A stretch of 63,486 bases of DNA, filler included, from Rhabdomonas costata (taxonomy: Eukaryota): assembly GCA_019059605.1 (NCBI GenBank). It is 51 parts of 51 records of this genome, joined end to end, with 100 filler letters (N's around TTAATTAATTAA, not from the genome) between each part and the next. Parts side by side here need not be neighbours in the genome. Positions count along the whole stretch, not along the records: positions 24,965 to 26,111 come from JAHMHO010026269.1; positions 26,212 to 27,344 come from JAHMHO010026270.1; positions 27,445 to 28,568 come from JAHMHO010026271.1; positions 28,669 to 29,815 come from JAHMHO010026272.1; positions 29,916 to 31,061 come from JAHMHO010026273.1; positions 31,162 to 32,309 come from JAHMHO010026274.1; positions 32,410 to 33,556 come from JAHMHO010026275.1; positions 33,657 to 34,803 come from JAHMHO010026276.1; 43 more parts are not named here. One strand, 5' to 3'. A program made the translations under genes and the position numbers. Each line of letters starts with the position of its first letter. Positions within the stretch are counted from its first letter, which is position 1. This document shows positions 25,394 to 36,315 of the stretch, in pieces. Below the pieces are notes generated by a model. It ran no database searches. It was not told the origin of the DNA and saw nothing but the letters and a program-made list of their open reading frames with translations.

Positions 25394-26279
25394 CCCTCTA
25401 TCCCGTGAAAATCCTCACCTGGACAAAAGAAGGTGGGGCAGAACGAGGACTCGCTTGGGTGCGTCAGTGGTCAACCTCACCCCAAGGGAAGCGAAAACTA
25501 TTCTCTTGTCTCTCTTGTGTTTTTCCGCTTCGTCTGTATCTTTGTTCCTTTCCGTTCCTCCCTTTCCTTTTCTGAAGTGGTCCGTCTTTTGTTCAAAGTA
25601 AAACGAAGCGAAAGGAAGCACACCCAGGCAGAAGGCAGCTCAACTTTGCGATTGTTTGGATGCTAATGAAACAAATAAAAAAAGAAATCGGAGCCAGAAA
25701 GACTGAGAAACTGAAAAGAAACCGCAAATGGCACCACCAGCGGGTACGCTTGGTATATACCATACTGCTTCCACTGCGTGACGTTTGAGTGACGTTTGAG
25801 TGACGTTTTGGCGTTTTGGCTTGCAAAATGACGGTAAACCACCATCTTGGTGCACCAGGTCTTCGAATTCGTGCGTAACCGTCAACACTACACCTGGGAA
25901 ACCAGACAAGATTAGAGGCATTTGGAGTCACGGCCAGCAGACAGTTGGTGCAGTGGTGCGACACATTGTCTGATGTACATTAATGGCTGCGGCATGGTTG
26001 GATACGCGAAACGGCGATTCGGCTGTTTTTATGAAGTGATGATTGATCTCCAGAGGTTGAAAGGAAAAAAGTTTGAGCAATGATCTACTTTACAAACCAA
26101 ACCAAACACACNNNNNNNNNNNNNNNNNNNNNNNNNNNNNNNNNNNNNNNNNNNNTTAATTAATTAANNNNNNNNNNNNNNNNNNNNNNNNNNNNNNNNN
26201 NNNNNNNNNNNGTTGGGTTTTACACGTTGTGAGTTGGGCTTGGGGCCGAGGGACGTGTGTGTGTGGGGGGGATGGTCAG

Positions 26280-27075
26280 GACCTGCCTGCTGATGTCGAT
26301 CCTGGTGAAGTTCTTCACACGGCCCCTGAGCCGGCTAGTGGTGGAGGTGGAGCGGCTGCGCAAGATGGACGTCGCGCTGGTTAAACCCTTTCCCCGGTCC
26401 ATCCTCACTGAAGTGGACTGCTTGATGCAGGTCACGGAGAAGCGAGGGGGGGGGGGCGCCAATCCAGTGCCAATCACAAGAATTGGGGAAGTGCACACAG
26501 GTTTTTCCGTTGAATCCCTCCTTGTAACGCTCGACTCTTCCCAGAGTTTTCGACAACTGATAAACTCCAGCACCCCAGGCACCAAGCTTCTGCTTCACCG
26601 CCTTGAGCACTGTACTGCGCTGCACCTACCCTAAAGAGAGGAGCGGCCACGGCAATGATAGGAAAAGGCGACCGCGCGCAGATTCTCAGGGGAATGCGAA
26701 GGGCTCTCCTTCTGCGTCACCTGCAATTCTCTTCCCCTCCGATTTGGGCCCTTCTGTGCAAAGCACATCCGACTTTCCCATGACAAGTTGTTCCGCAACA
26801 TTACACCTAGCCTGCAACATTGACCCAAGGGGGGAAAGGGGGAGTTTCTAGGTACAGAATTATTGACTCTGAAGACTGGGCTTTTTCCCGGAGTGCTGGT
26901 ATCTCACAATACTGCCTCCACATTTTCCTACACAGGTCAGAAGCCTGTGTTACTACTTCATGTTTTTTCTTCATGTTTTTCCAAACCAATCCGCGCGGGA
27001 ATGTGTTTCTCTTCACTCATTCCTCAGGCCTTCAACAGCCTGACCAGAAACTTGGTGGAATTCCGCAAGTACATG
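26280..27075 (+). CDS. Transmembrane-HAMP segment of a receptor-type class III nucleotidyl cyclase-like protein, two exons
   Basis: Exon 26280-26430 reads TCLLMSILVKFFTRPLSRLVVEVERLRKMD...RSILTEVDCLMQ|gt. Exon 27028-27075 reads AFNSLTRNLVEFRKYM|gtatgc. HAMP pattern (TRPL..L...S...EV..L..AF) followed by the F.KY(M/L)P linker that usually precedes such cyclase domains. Confidence 0.75.
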
Positions 27076-27625
27076 GTATGCAGTGCCCCATTGTGTGTGC
27101 ATGCCATTTTCATGCATTGCATGGTAGGGCTTCCTGGAAAAAAAGGTTCCGCTTGGCTGAACCCGTCGGTGAGAGGAGACAACGGCAGGTGGATCGGGCA
27201 GGGGTTTCTTCTGCAGAGTAGTTGCACTCCTTCCTCTGGCTCTGACTGCGCGAGCCCCCGGCGAGCCCCCGGACGGGCAGCTCCTTTTTTTCACCGCCAG
27301 ATTCAGGATAGGTTCTAGGCCCGATGGGGTGGAAACACCAACACNNNNNNNNNNNNNNNNNNNNNNNNNNNNNNNNNNNNNNNNNNNNTTAATTAATTAA
27401 NNNNNNNNNNNNNNNNNNNNNNNNNNNNNNNNNNNNNNNNNNNNGTGTTGTTGGGAAAACAGAGCGGCACTCTCAGTAAAGCCGCCCAAGGTGAGGCAAA
27501 GTTCAGCGCTTGTGTGTGTGTGTGTGTGTTGGGTGCTCGCGAGAGGTGCCGCTGAAGATAACCGATATTTACAGGAGCACCGGCATCTCCAGGCGTTGCC
27601 GTGCCGTGCGTGCGTGCGTGTATGT

Positions 27626-27676
27626 GATGTGGATGTGGATGTGGATGTGGATGTGGATGTGGATGTGGATGTGGAT
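27626..27676 (+). repeat. (GATGTG)n microsatellite
   Basis: About 8 perfect hexamer units. Confidence 0.95.
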
Positions 27677-30600
27677 GCGTGTGCGTTTGTGTGTGTTCCT
27701 GACTGAAGGGAAGCTGAAGCAAACCCGTCGAGCAGTGCCCGGGAGTCAATGTGCTTTGCGTTTACCACTCTGACTGAGGGCAAAGATTTCCACAGCTCCG
27801 CCGTGCAGCGCTTCCAGAAATGCATGGCTCTTTCAGCACACCTCTCTGCTTTGTGTGTTCGGAACTTCCCTTTGGAACGCGGCGCTCTCTCTCTCTCTCA
27901 ACTCCTGTCAAAAAAGTATGTGTTTGTCCCTCAGTGTTCGGTATTGGCTGAAGGCCTGAGTGGTTGGCTCAGTCTCAAAACGCTGCGCGTATGGAATCAG
28001 ATGGAAGCCGGTGCGCAGCGCCCTTACCTGTTTTTACATTGCTGTGCGGTGTCTTCTGTCCTCCCTGGTCTTGGCATTGCGATTGTTTGTGTAAAAACCC
28101 AATGAATGCTGCCGTGAAGGTATTGATGATGGATCAGTACAAAGTATGAATCAAATGGGTCAGCGTGCACACTGATCCATTATTAGTCTGATTCATTATT
28201 ACCGTGAAAGTATTTATGATGGATCAGTATTAATCCGATCCACTTTCAATAACTTAACGGCATGCTTCAGGGCTTTGTATTTTCCAATTTCGGCTGTGGG
28301 ACACGGGGCACTTTCTGGACATTGCTTGTTCTGAACGTAAATGTCTCTTTCGTGGCTAAGGCTTGTTTCCCTGTTTTGTGCGGGCGTGCCTTGTTTTGAT
28401 TTCCGTGAGTTTCAGATTTAAAAAAAGCAGATGAGATCAGATGGTTTACGGAATTAGATGGAACTAAATGGTGTGGACCGCGCGACTGCTCAGGTGTGTG
28501 TGTGTGTGTGTGTGAACTCATGAGAATCTGAAAGAGCGCTGGAGGCAGAAAAGTCCCCCACACCCCCCNNNNNNNNNNNNNNNNNNNNNNNNNNNNNNNN
28601 NNNNNNNNNNNNTTAATTAATTAANNNNNNNNNNNNNNNNNNNNNNNNNNNNNNNNNNNNNNNNNNNNGGTGGCGGTGCTGTGTGTTTTCTCATAGAACG
28701 AAATGTTTCAGTGTCCTCACGCAAGAATTCTGGTGAGGGTGTTTTCAGGAGACGTTATTTTTCCTTTTCCTGCTCGTTGGGTCCTGGGAACCCCGATAAT
28801 TGCCAACATGTGGAGGTACGCCCTGTTCCCTTCACTTATACTCTTGCCCGCCCTCTCCCTTTTTGTTCTGCTGCGTGTGATATATTATCCATTTCTCGCA
28901 GACGGCAACGCTGAGCGTAAGGATGACCCCCTCGCCGAACCTGTCCCCGTGCTCGGAGAAGCCCACTGGCACTGTAAGGTTTCCCGGCAACCCTCCTGCG
29001 CTGGAGCTCCCGCGGAGCGCTGCGCAGCGGTCGCCCAGCGCTGCCTCCCCAGGTGCCGGGGACCCCCTGGACCCCCTGAGGGCCATCCTCAGGTCCTCTG
29101 GCCCCTCAAAGGGTACCCCGTCGTCCCCGGGAATCCCCTCTGCTGAACTTCAAGGGCAGGCCCAGCCACTGCCGCAGCGTGCGACAAGCCCGGTGAGTCC
29201 CTTGGGGTTGGAATTCAAGCCCAGAACTTCCAGCTCAAAGGCAGGGAGAAGGACTTCCATCGCGGAGCGGCTGAACGTTGGCTTGTGAAGGAAGTGACAT
29301 AGAAATGGTGGGGGCGCCTCTCCTCATCGCAGTCCATCATGTATGGATGTGTGCCGTTGTTCTTGTAATGCTGTGTTTGTACCTCTGCCTTCCCCCCACT
29401 TGCATGTTTGTGAAGTGCCGCTTTTTTGCTGTGCTTGAGAGGTGCCAGTGTGCGTGTTTGTGGGTGATGCAAGAGGCTGGTTCGTTTCCGCTTCAGGTTG
29501 CCTCCGAGACTTGTGTGTCTCCCCCAGCGCTGTCAGAATGGGAATCTGTTTGCGGATGACGCCCTTTTTGCGTCGGGCCTGCGTTGATTGCACCATACAC
29601 AGTGCTGTTGAGACTTCCATGGGCAGTGTTGCACTGCCATTGCGGGGTGCTGTTCATTCCCATTCAAGTCGCCAGAAAGTATTCACTGCAGATGCTGAAC
29701 TGGGGAGTGTACTTCACCGTTCTGCACGGTTTCTCTTCTTTTTTTCCGTGTAGCATTCTTCCCTCCTTGCCTGTTGGTTGCCCTCGTGGCGCCGGCGCTT
29801 TCTTTAGCATTTCTGNNNNNNNNNNNNNNNNNNNNNNNNNNNNNNNNNNNNNNNNNNNNTTAATTAATTAANNNNNNNNNNNNNNNNNNNNNNNNNNNNN
29901 NNNNNNNNNNNNNNNTGTTGTTGGTCCACTTCCTGCATCTTGTGATTTTACCAGGGGGTCTCTCTCGGATTGCAACAAGGGCCTCTGTAGCGGTAAAATA
30001 TGGGGTGGTTGATAGGCCTATGGTGGTATCGTGTGGACATCTTATGCATTCAGGGTGTGATTTTTGGACTTTTCGGTGGATTTTTGTGTGGGGTCATTTT
30101 TTGACACCCGGGGAATTTTTTCTCGTGGGTTTATGGGTTCGCGGTTTTTGGCCTTCCGTGTTTCATTCTGGTATCGGCTGCTCTGTCTCTAGGGGTTATT
30201 GGGGTTCATGCATGGGGTTCGGGAATTCGGGCTTTGGTATTTGGGTTTACGGGTTCGATTCTAAGATTGGGGTTCGGGATTCGGGGTTCGGTATCGGCAT
30301 TCTGGCTTTTGGGGGTATGGCTAGGTGTGGGTTCGGCGTTCGGTGCTTGGGTGTGTGGGGCTGGTGTTGGTATTGGGCTTTGGTTCCTCGCGTGCGTGTA
30401 TTCTTATGGTATTCTTATGGTATTTTATTGTATTGGAGTAGGGTATGGTATGGAGTGGAGTCGCGTAGGGTATCGAGAGCAGGGTATGGGTATGGGTATG
30501 AGCATTGGATTGGAGTGGAGGGGTTGGATAGGAGGGTAGATCTTGGGATTGGAGGGTTGGTCCCACATGTTGTTTGTGTTGTTGACCCATTCTCTCACCC

Positions 30601-30696
30601 TTTTTTTTTTTTGCTTGCTTCAATGTGGCCCTTCTGAATCAACCTCACTGGATGCACTGGTGCAACTCACTTTGCCAATCCCGCCGTCCCCAACAG

Positions 30697-30968
30697 GCTC
30701 GGCGGAGTGGATCCTGCGGCTGGTGTGCCAGCCTGAGCGGTGTGGGTGGCTGCACACTCTGCTACTGGTGTGCCCCGTGGCTGAGGCCCGCAGGGCGTTT
30801 GCCGACGTACTCCTGCACGCCCTGCGCCACAGCCTGCTGGTGGGGGACCACGGGTCGGGCGTTGGGACGTCACCCCAGAGGGAGGGCAGCGATCCCTCTC
30901 TGCGTTCCGAGGAGTCGTCGCCCACGGGCTCGCCCACATCCTCCTTGGAATGGCCCCCGGCCTACCAG
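30697..30968 (+). CDS. USP9/24/34-like ubiquitin-specific protease, C-terminal-region exon
   Basis: WLHTLLLVCPVAEARRAFADVLLHALRHS resembles the USP9X-type segment 'YLLECPSAEVRGAFAKLI'. cag acceptor; candidate GC donor CAG|gcattt. Confidence 0.5.
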
Positions 30969-31840
30969 GCATTTCTTCTCTCCCCCTTTGCCCCCTTCCT
31001 TTTCGAGCTTCCCTTTCCGCTTTTCTCCTTCGCCCTTGGAATGTTATTGAACCACACACCCNNNNNNNNNNNNNNNNNNNNNNNNNNNNNNNNNNNNNNN
31101 NNNNNTTAATTAATTAANNNNNNNNNNNNNNNNNNNNNNNNNNNNNNNNNNNNNNNNNNNNTTGTGTGGGTGGGAGGTGCCGCGACAGCCCCTGGATCAC
31201 CATCGAGGTCGGGGTAGGGATGAAGGGCTCCGTGTCGAGCTCGATCTGAGTTAATGAGATGCCTCCCCTCCTGCAATGACGCAACAGCCATCGACGAGTC
31301 AAGTTCCCAACGGAAGAGAAGAAGAGGCAAGCGCCTCAAAGGCTGCAGGGTCCTAAACGATTGCAAAAAAACCTCCCGATCAGCGCAAGTGTGTCTCCAT
31401 CTTTTTGCTGCACTAATGCTCCTGCAAAAAACATACCCGATCGGCCAAAACTTCCTCCGCTTCTAACCCATTTCACAGCTTATCCCACATCCTCGAAACA
31501 CAATGTTGGCGCGAGAAAAATGTTGAAACCCGGCAGTATCATCTCGAAACAAGGAGAGGAGTTATTGGAAACAAATCACCAAATGACGATCATAAAATGC
31601 AAAATCACCACATCATTGGCAAAAAAAAATCCTGTTTTAGCAGGTTAAGATCAGAGGTGGTAGGCAACACACGGGAAGGATGTGAATGGTCACAAAGGGT
31701 CAACCAAGAGCGCAATACTGAAAAGCTGAAGCGACCAGTAGTGAGATCTCCACACTCCGGAAAGGATGGATGAGAAGAAACAACAAACCACAACTAAACA
31801 CAAGGCAACCACACATGTCTGTCTGTACGTCCGCCTGTCC

Positions 31841-32146
31841 GTCTGTCTGTCTATCTTCCCTTCCGCTAGTAACGAAATGGAACAAAACACAGCACGACAA
31901 GGCACGGCACAATAACAGGGAACGGCGTCCAGATAATTCTGGAGGCGAGTGCGGGTTCAACGACAAAAGTCAGCACAGGAACAGCAGCATGCAGCGAGGG
32001 GTGTGTGAACAGGGAGGTAATTTACAGGTAAGGGCAAGGGAAAGTCGACTGAAGGGTAAAGACTGCAGAGGTAACGATGTGCGATGTGCACCGTTGCAAG
32101 TGCGCGTCCACAATAAACAAGAGTGTGGAGAATAGAAAGAGTTCCC

Positions 32147-32202
<56 letters not shown>

Positions 32203-32308
32203 CTCCTTTCCGCTAGTAGCGAAATGGAACAAAGCGCAGCACGGCAAGGCACGGCACAATAACAGGGAACGGCGTCCAGATAATTCTGGAGGCGAGTGCG
32301 GGTTCAAC
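31841..32308 (+). repeat. Direct repeat of about 120 nt at a 347-nt offset, each copy led by a (TCTG)n tract
   Basis: Copies at 31841-31961 and 32188-32308 differ by a few substitutions. The second has an expanded (TCTG)n at about 32148-32198 and is cut by the contig end. Confidence 0.9.
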
Positions 32309-32709
32309 ANNNNNNNNNNNNNNNNNNNNNNNNNNNNNNNNNNNNNNNNNNNNTTAATTAATTAANNNNNNNNNNNNNNNNNNNNNNNNNNNNNNNNNNN
32401 NNNNNNNNNTGTGTTGGTTGTGTTGGTGGTGCAGTGGAGAACTGAGCAGAGTTGGATCCAGGTAAGGATCCAGGCAGGGCAGAACCGTTGCACTCGCACA
32501 ACTGTGTAATACTTTGACCTGGAGCAAATTCTTTAAGGATGATTGGCTTTTTGAGGTTTTTTGTGAGTTTATTTCCTGGGAGAAGGCTCTAACTTGTGGT
32601 TGGTTCAGGTTCTCGAGGCTTGAGGGGTGGCCGATGGGCAGAAGAGGTGAAAAAGTTCACTTCTGGCGATGTGAAACTTCGCAAGTGCAAGTTCTGGTTT
32701 GTGGCTCAG

Positions 32710-33183
32710 GCCTATGCCGTGGAGGACGAGGACTACGCCCGCGCCAAGGAGCTGAAGCTGCGCATCGAGGCCCTGGCGAAGGTGGGCGACCGGCTGGCCC
32801 TCCTGGAGCGCCAGAAGCGCACCGCGGCATGTGCGCCCTTTGTGCCTTTTTAAGTTTCTCTGAAGTTGACACACTGCCGCTTATGGGGCTCGTTGGATAC
32901 TGCATCTGCGATGGTCTGACATGTTTCCTGACCCCTCGCGGTCCAAAAGGCTACGCTGTGTTCTGTTTCCCCATCTTTCTTCATTTTTTGATCTTGCCTT
33001 AGGTCAGTGAGGAGGACTACGACACAGCGAAGTCGCTGAAGCAGCAGATCGACGCCATCCGCATGGCCTATGCCAGCCGCCTGGCCCAGGCCGAGCTGGC
33101 GGGTGCCCGACAGGCCCTGGATGGCAGCGCGGTGGTGTCGTCCATTGCTGTGCCGTCCGCCCATGACGAGCGGCCTGTGCGAG
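32710..33183 (+). CDS. CEP104: Centrosomal/ciliary-tip protein CEP104 (FAP256), two exons
   Basis: Exon 32710-32826 AYAVEDEDYARAKELKLRIEALAKVGDRLALLERQKRTA joins exon 33003-33183 VSEEDYDTAKSLKQQIDAIR. This matches the CEP104 coiled coil (AV..E.YD.AK.LK..I..L..VG.RL...E..KR.AV..EDYD.AK..K.Q). The in-frame join needs a GC-AG intron at 32827-33002. Confidence 0.88.
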
Positions 33184-35228
33184 GTGTGTATGCGTCATGC
33201 CAACCCTTTCTCCCTGCCTTGCCTTCCCTCCCCCCCCTCTTCCCTTTCTTGCCTCTCTTTCTCATTCTTTGTGACTACTAAAGTCCGAAGAGGTCAAGGG
33301 ATTGACATGCAGGACCTTCGCCTTCCATCCCCTCCTCGCGCGCGTGCGCGTCCCCGCGGTCCTTTTCGCTCGCTGACGGCTTCTTGTCGCGTCATCGCGA
33401 CTGGCTCACCTGTCAGATTTGGTTGTCTCCTAAGGCTGGCACCACCGTATCAGCAAAGGGTTTGGGATTGCGAGATGCACATGCGTTCATCATATGCCAT
33501 ACGAAAGTGCTTGCTCCCCGTTTTCCGAACCCCGCCTCTCTGATCTAACAGGTGCGNNNNNNNNNNNNNNNNNNNNNNNNNNNNNNNNNNNNNNNNNNNN
33601 TTAATTAATTAANNNNNNNNNNNNNNNNNNNNNNNNNNNNNNNNNNNNNNNNNNNNGTGGGGGGGTCGTCATGCTACAAAGAGGTTGAAGGGCAAGCCGC
33701 GGTGGCCTTTGGCTGGGAGAAAGTGGGTGTGTTGGTTCTGTTTTAGAATTTCCTTTGCCCCCGTTCCTGTGCTTCGTGGCGCCTCAGGCGCTCATCAGCC
33801 CGCGCGTCTTTGAGGTCGCCCACCCAAAGGTGGGGGGGCGGGTCGAGAGCGAAGGTGGTAGTGGTGGATTTCGGGGGGTAGCCGAAGTGGCGACGGCTGG
33901 CGGTTGGCATTTCTTTTGTTTGTAGTAGTGGAGAATTCTTGGCCCACCCTGAGTGTGCCAAGGAAGAGGCCTGCCGCTATATAGCCGTGCCTTCGTGTTG
34001 GGATTTCCCCCAAGCAGCGCTCCGTTTTCCTACTTACTTTGGAGCCTTTGTGACTAGGTTTCTTTTTGTACAATTCCGTTGTGTGCGTCCCTCCTTTCCT
34101 CCTGTGCTGCCCATTCACGCATTCTTCCGAGGAACCCTTCACTTGTGCATAAGCAGGGGTGCCCTACTTGATTTCTTGTTTTCTGTGTTGGTCAAAACGT
34201 GCAACGAAGAAAGAAACGCTTTGTGAAAAAGGAAGAAGAAAAGAAAGTGCTCCCATCAAAAGTGTGATGGTGATCCGTTTTTGCACGCTGTCTGTGCGAA
34301 CGCTTCCATCTGTTTATGGTTTGCTGAACGAATGATGAATGGTTAGGTTGCCCGCATAGGGGCGACCACGGAATGGGTAAATTTGGACCTATCGGGATAT
34401 CGTTGGTCGAGTCCTGCCTGCGCTACAACTCTAGGTGGGTAGGTGGGTGGTGGGTAGGTAGAACAGAGTTTTTTTTTCATTATATCGCAGATGTACGTGG
34501 CTAAACCCACAGTAAATGTGACTGCATGCTTATCTCTTTTTAAAATGTATACCTAAGGTATACTTCACCTCCCCGCCCATTATTTGATTCACTAGTCCAT
34601 TGCATGGTCTTTTGTTCATTGATTTCCGTCGTCAGAGAAGTTGTCCCTTGTTCCTTTGGTCGATGAACAAAAGCAGTCTTCACGTATCAACACCGCTGTG
34701 TTTCCGGCCGATGATGACCTCCCGGGGTGCATAGAGAAAGAAAGAGATGTCTCTAGCCACCCTTCCCAGATGACTCTCCTCTGGGGACAATTGAATAGGG
34801 GGGNNNNNNNNNNNNNNNNNNNNNNNNNNNNNNNNNNNNNNNNNNNNTTAATTAATTAANNNNNNNNNNNNNNNNNNNNNNNNNNNNNNNNNNNNNNNNN
34901 NNNCCCAGCTTGCTTCCAACGTACTGCTCTTATTCTTGAGATGACACTCAACTGACCAAGTTGAAGATAGAATTTAACTTCTCCTCCTTCTTAACTCCTT
35001 CCAACTCTAGCGTTGAGACCTGCTCTAGTTCTCAGAGCCTCCGGTCTTTCGGCGCGACCAAAGCTGGGCAGGTGGCATGCCGCCGTCCCGCACGGATTTG
35101 AGGCCCATCCATCTACCGCCCTCCAAATAAATTGTTACGTTGCGAATCAAAGTGAGTGGTGCAAAGCGCAAGCATGCGATAAAAACAAAATCCAGACTGA
35201 AGGGAGGCAGAGAAGTAAATCGACGCAC

Positions 35229-36024
35229 CTCTCGGACTTGCGCACTAGAGTCGAAGCAGAGCTGCCGGAAAATCACAACCGCAGATGACACCAGCTTCTC
35301 CGTGGTGAAGTGCGGCTGCAGAGTCCCCAGCACGGCCACAGCCAGAGCGCGACGTTCCTGCGGGAAGAAAAGGAGGGATTAACGGCTGGAAGAAAAGAAT
35401 AATTGTTCATGCAAAGGCAGAAGAGCAGCACACCGGGTACTTGTGGCGTACCAAGGCGAGAAGAGGAACCATGCACTCCTCCTCGACACGTGCGGCACTC
35501 AGCGCAGTGTCGCTGAGCTCCGACAAGCTGCGCCGCAATAGAAGCACTCCACACACCCACTTCCCGCCAAGGTCAAAGTAAACAAACAGCAACTTCAAGT
35601 TAGGATTGCCCAGGAGGCTGGAACAAAAAATTGGGAGAGATCAACACGTGGCCTCAGATGAGCGCACTCGACTGATGCACAAGAATTAATGCAATCCCTG
35701 GGGTTGCTGGAATTTGCCCTCGCATCTATATGTTCACCTTTTGCATGCAGTGAGGCTGCAGAATCCCATTCCTCCTCCCGATGACGAAGCGTTGAAAAAC
35801 CGAAATCAAGCTCCACTCAATACGATCCCGGCACCCTCCTTAATATCGCATCTATATGCTGCACCGCACACGGGAACTCATCACCAACCCCATCCCAACC
35901 CACCCGGTTTCCTCCCACGCGCAGAACCACGACAGAATGCTCTGGCGCTGCTCCAGGTTGGGCCTCTTGTGGAGGTTCAGCAGGAAGCCCATCATCGTTC
36001 GGCGGGTGGCGGGCTCGGGGTGGG
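35229..36024 (-). CDS. RELCH: RELCH/KIAA1468 (LisH and HEAT-repeat protein), three exons
   Basis: Exons about 36024-35928, 35527-35434 and 35357-35229 splice in frame through GT-AG introns to HPEPATRRTMMGFLLNLHKRPNLEQRQSILSCLSELSDTALSAARVEEECMVPLLALVRHKYPERRALAVAVLGTL...DSSAQVRE. This matches RELCH 'HP....R..L...LFNL.KRP..EQRQ.IL..C...RVE.E...HKYPERR.L'. Confidence 0.85.
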
Positions 36025-36050
36025 CCCACACCAACCAAACACACCCACAC
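36025..36050 (-). other. Whole-genome-amplification primer remnant
   Basis: Minus strand reads GTGTGGGTGTGTTTGG + TTGGTGTGGG, close to the GenomePlex-type adaptor TGTGTTGGGTGTGTTTGG (as I recall it) followed by ten G/T bases. Confidence 0.8.
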
Positions 36051-36162
36051 NNNNNNNNNNNNNNNNNNNNNNNNNNNNNNNNNNNNNNNNNNNNTTAATT
36101 AATTAANNNNNNNNNNNNNNNNNNNNNNNNNNNNNNNNNNNNNNNNNNNNGGGTTTTTTGTA

Positions 36163-36315
36163 TGGAAGGCAATGGAGCAGAGGCAGCCTCTGACGGTGCG
36201 TCTGAGGCTGTACAAGAGGGACCGCAGCCCGTTCTGGAGCCAGTTCTTCATCTCACCTCTGCTGTCCTCTTCGGGGGAGCTGCTGAACTTCATCGCTGTG
36301 CACACGGTTTTGGAG
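36163..36315 (+). CDS. PAS domain C-terminal (PAC) exon, LOV-like fold
   Basis: AMEQRQPLTVRLRLYKRDRSPFWSQFFISPLLSSSGELLNFIAVHT parallels the PAC/LOV pattern 'v.l.NYrkDG.pFWN.l.isP.....G.v..fvgvQ'. Candidate GC donor GAG|gcatgt. Confidence 0.8.

Noticed and set aside
29918..30637. 239-aa ORF rich in G, W, F and Y
   Set aside because: It arises from G/T-rich low-complexity DNA (gggtat and gggttc repeats) that has few stop codons, and shows no protein-like signal.
31162..31270. FIPTPTSMVIQGL resembling the SIRT6/7 PT.THMAL motif
   Set aside because: The conserved His is missing and no other sirtuin motif is visible.
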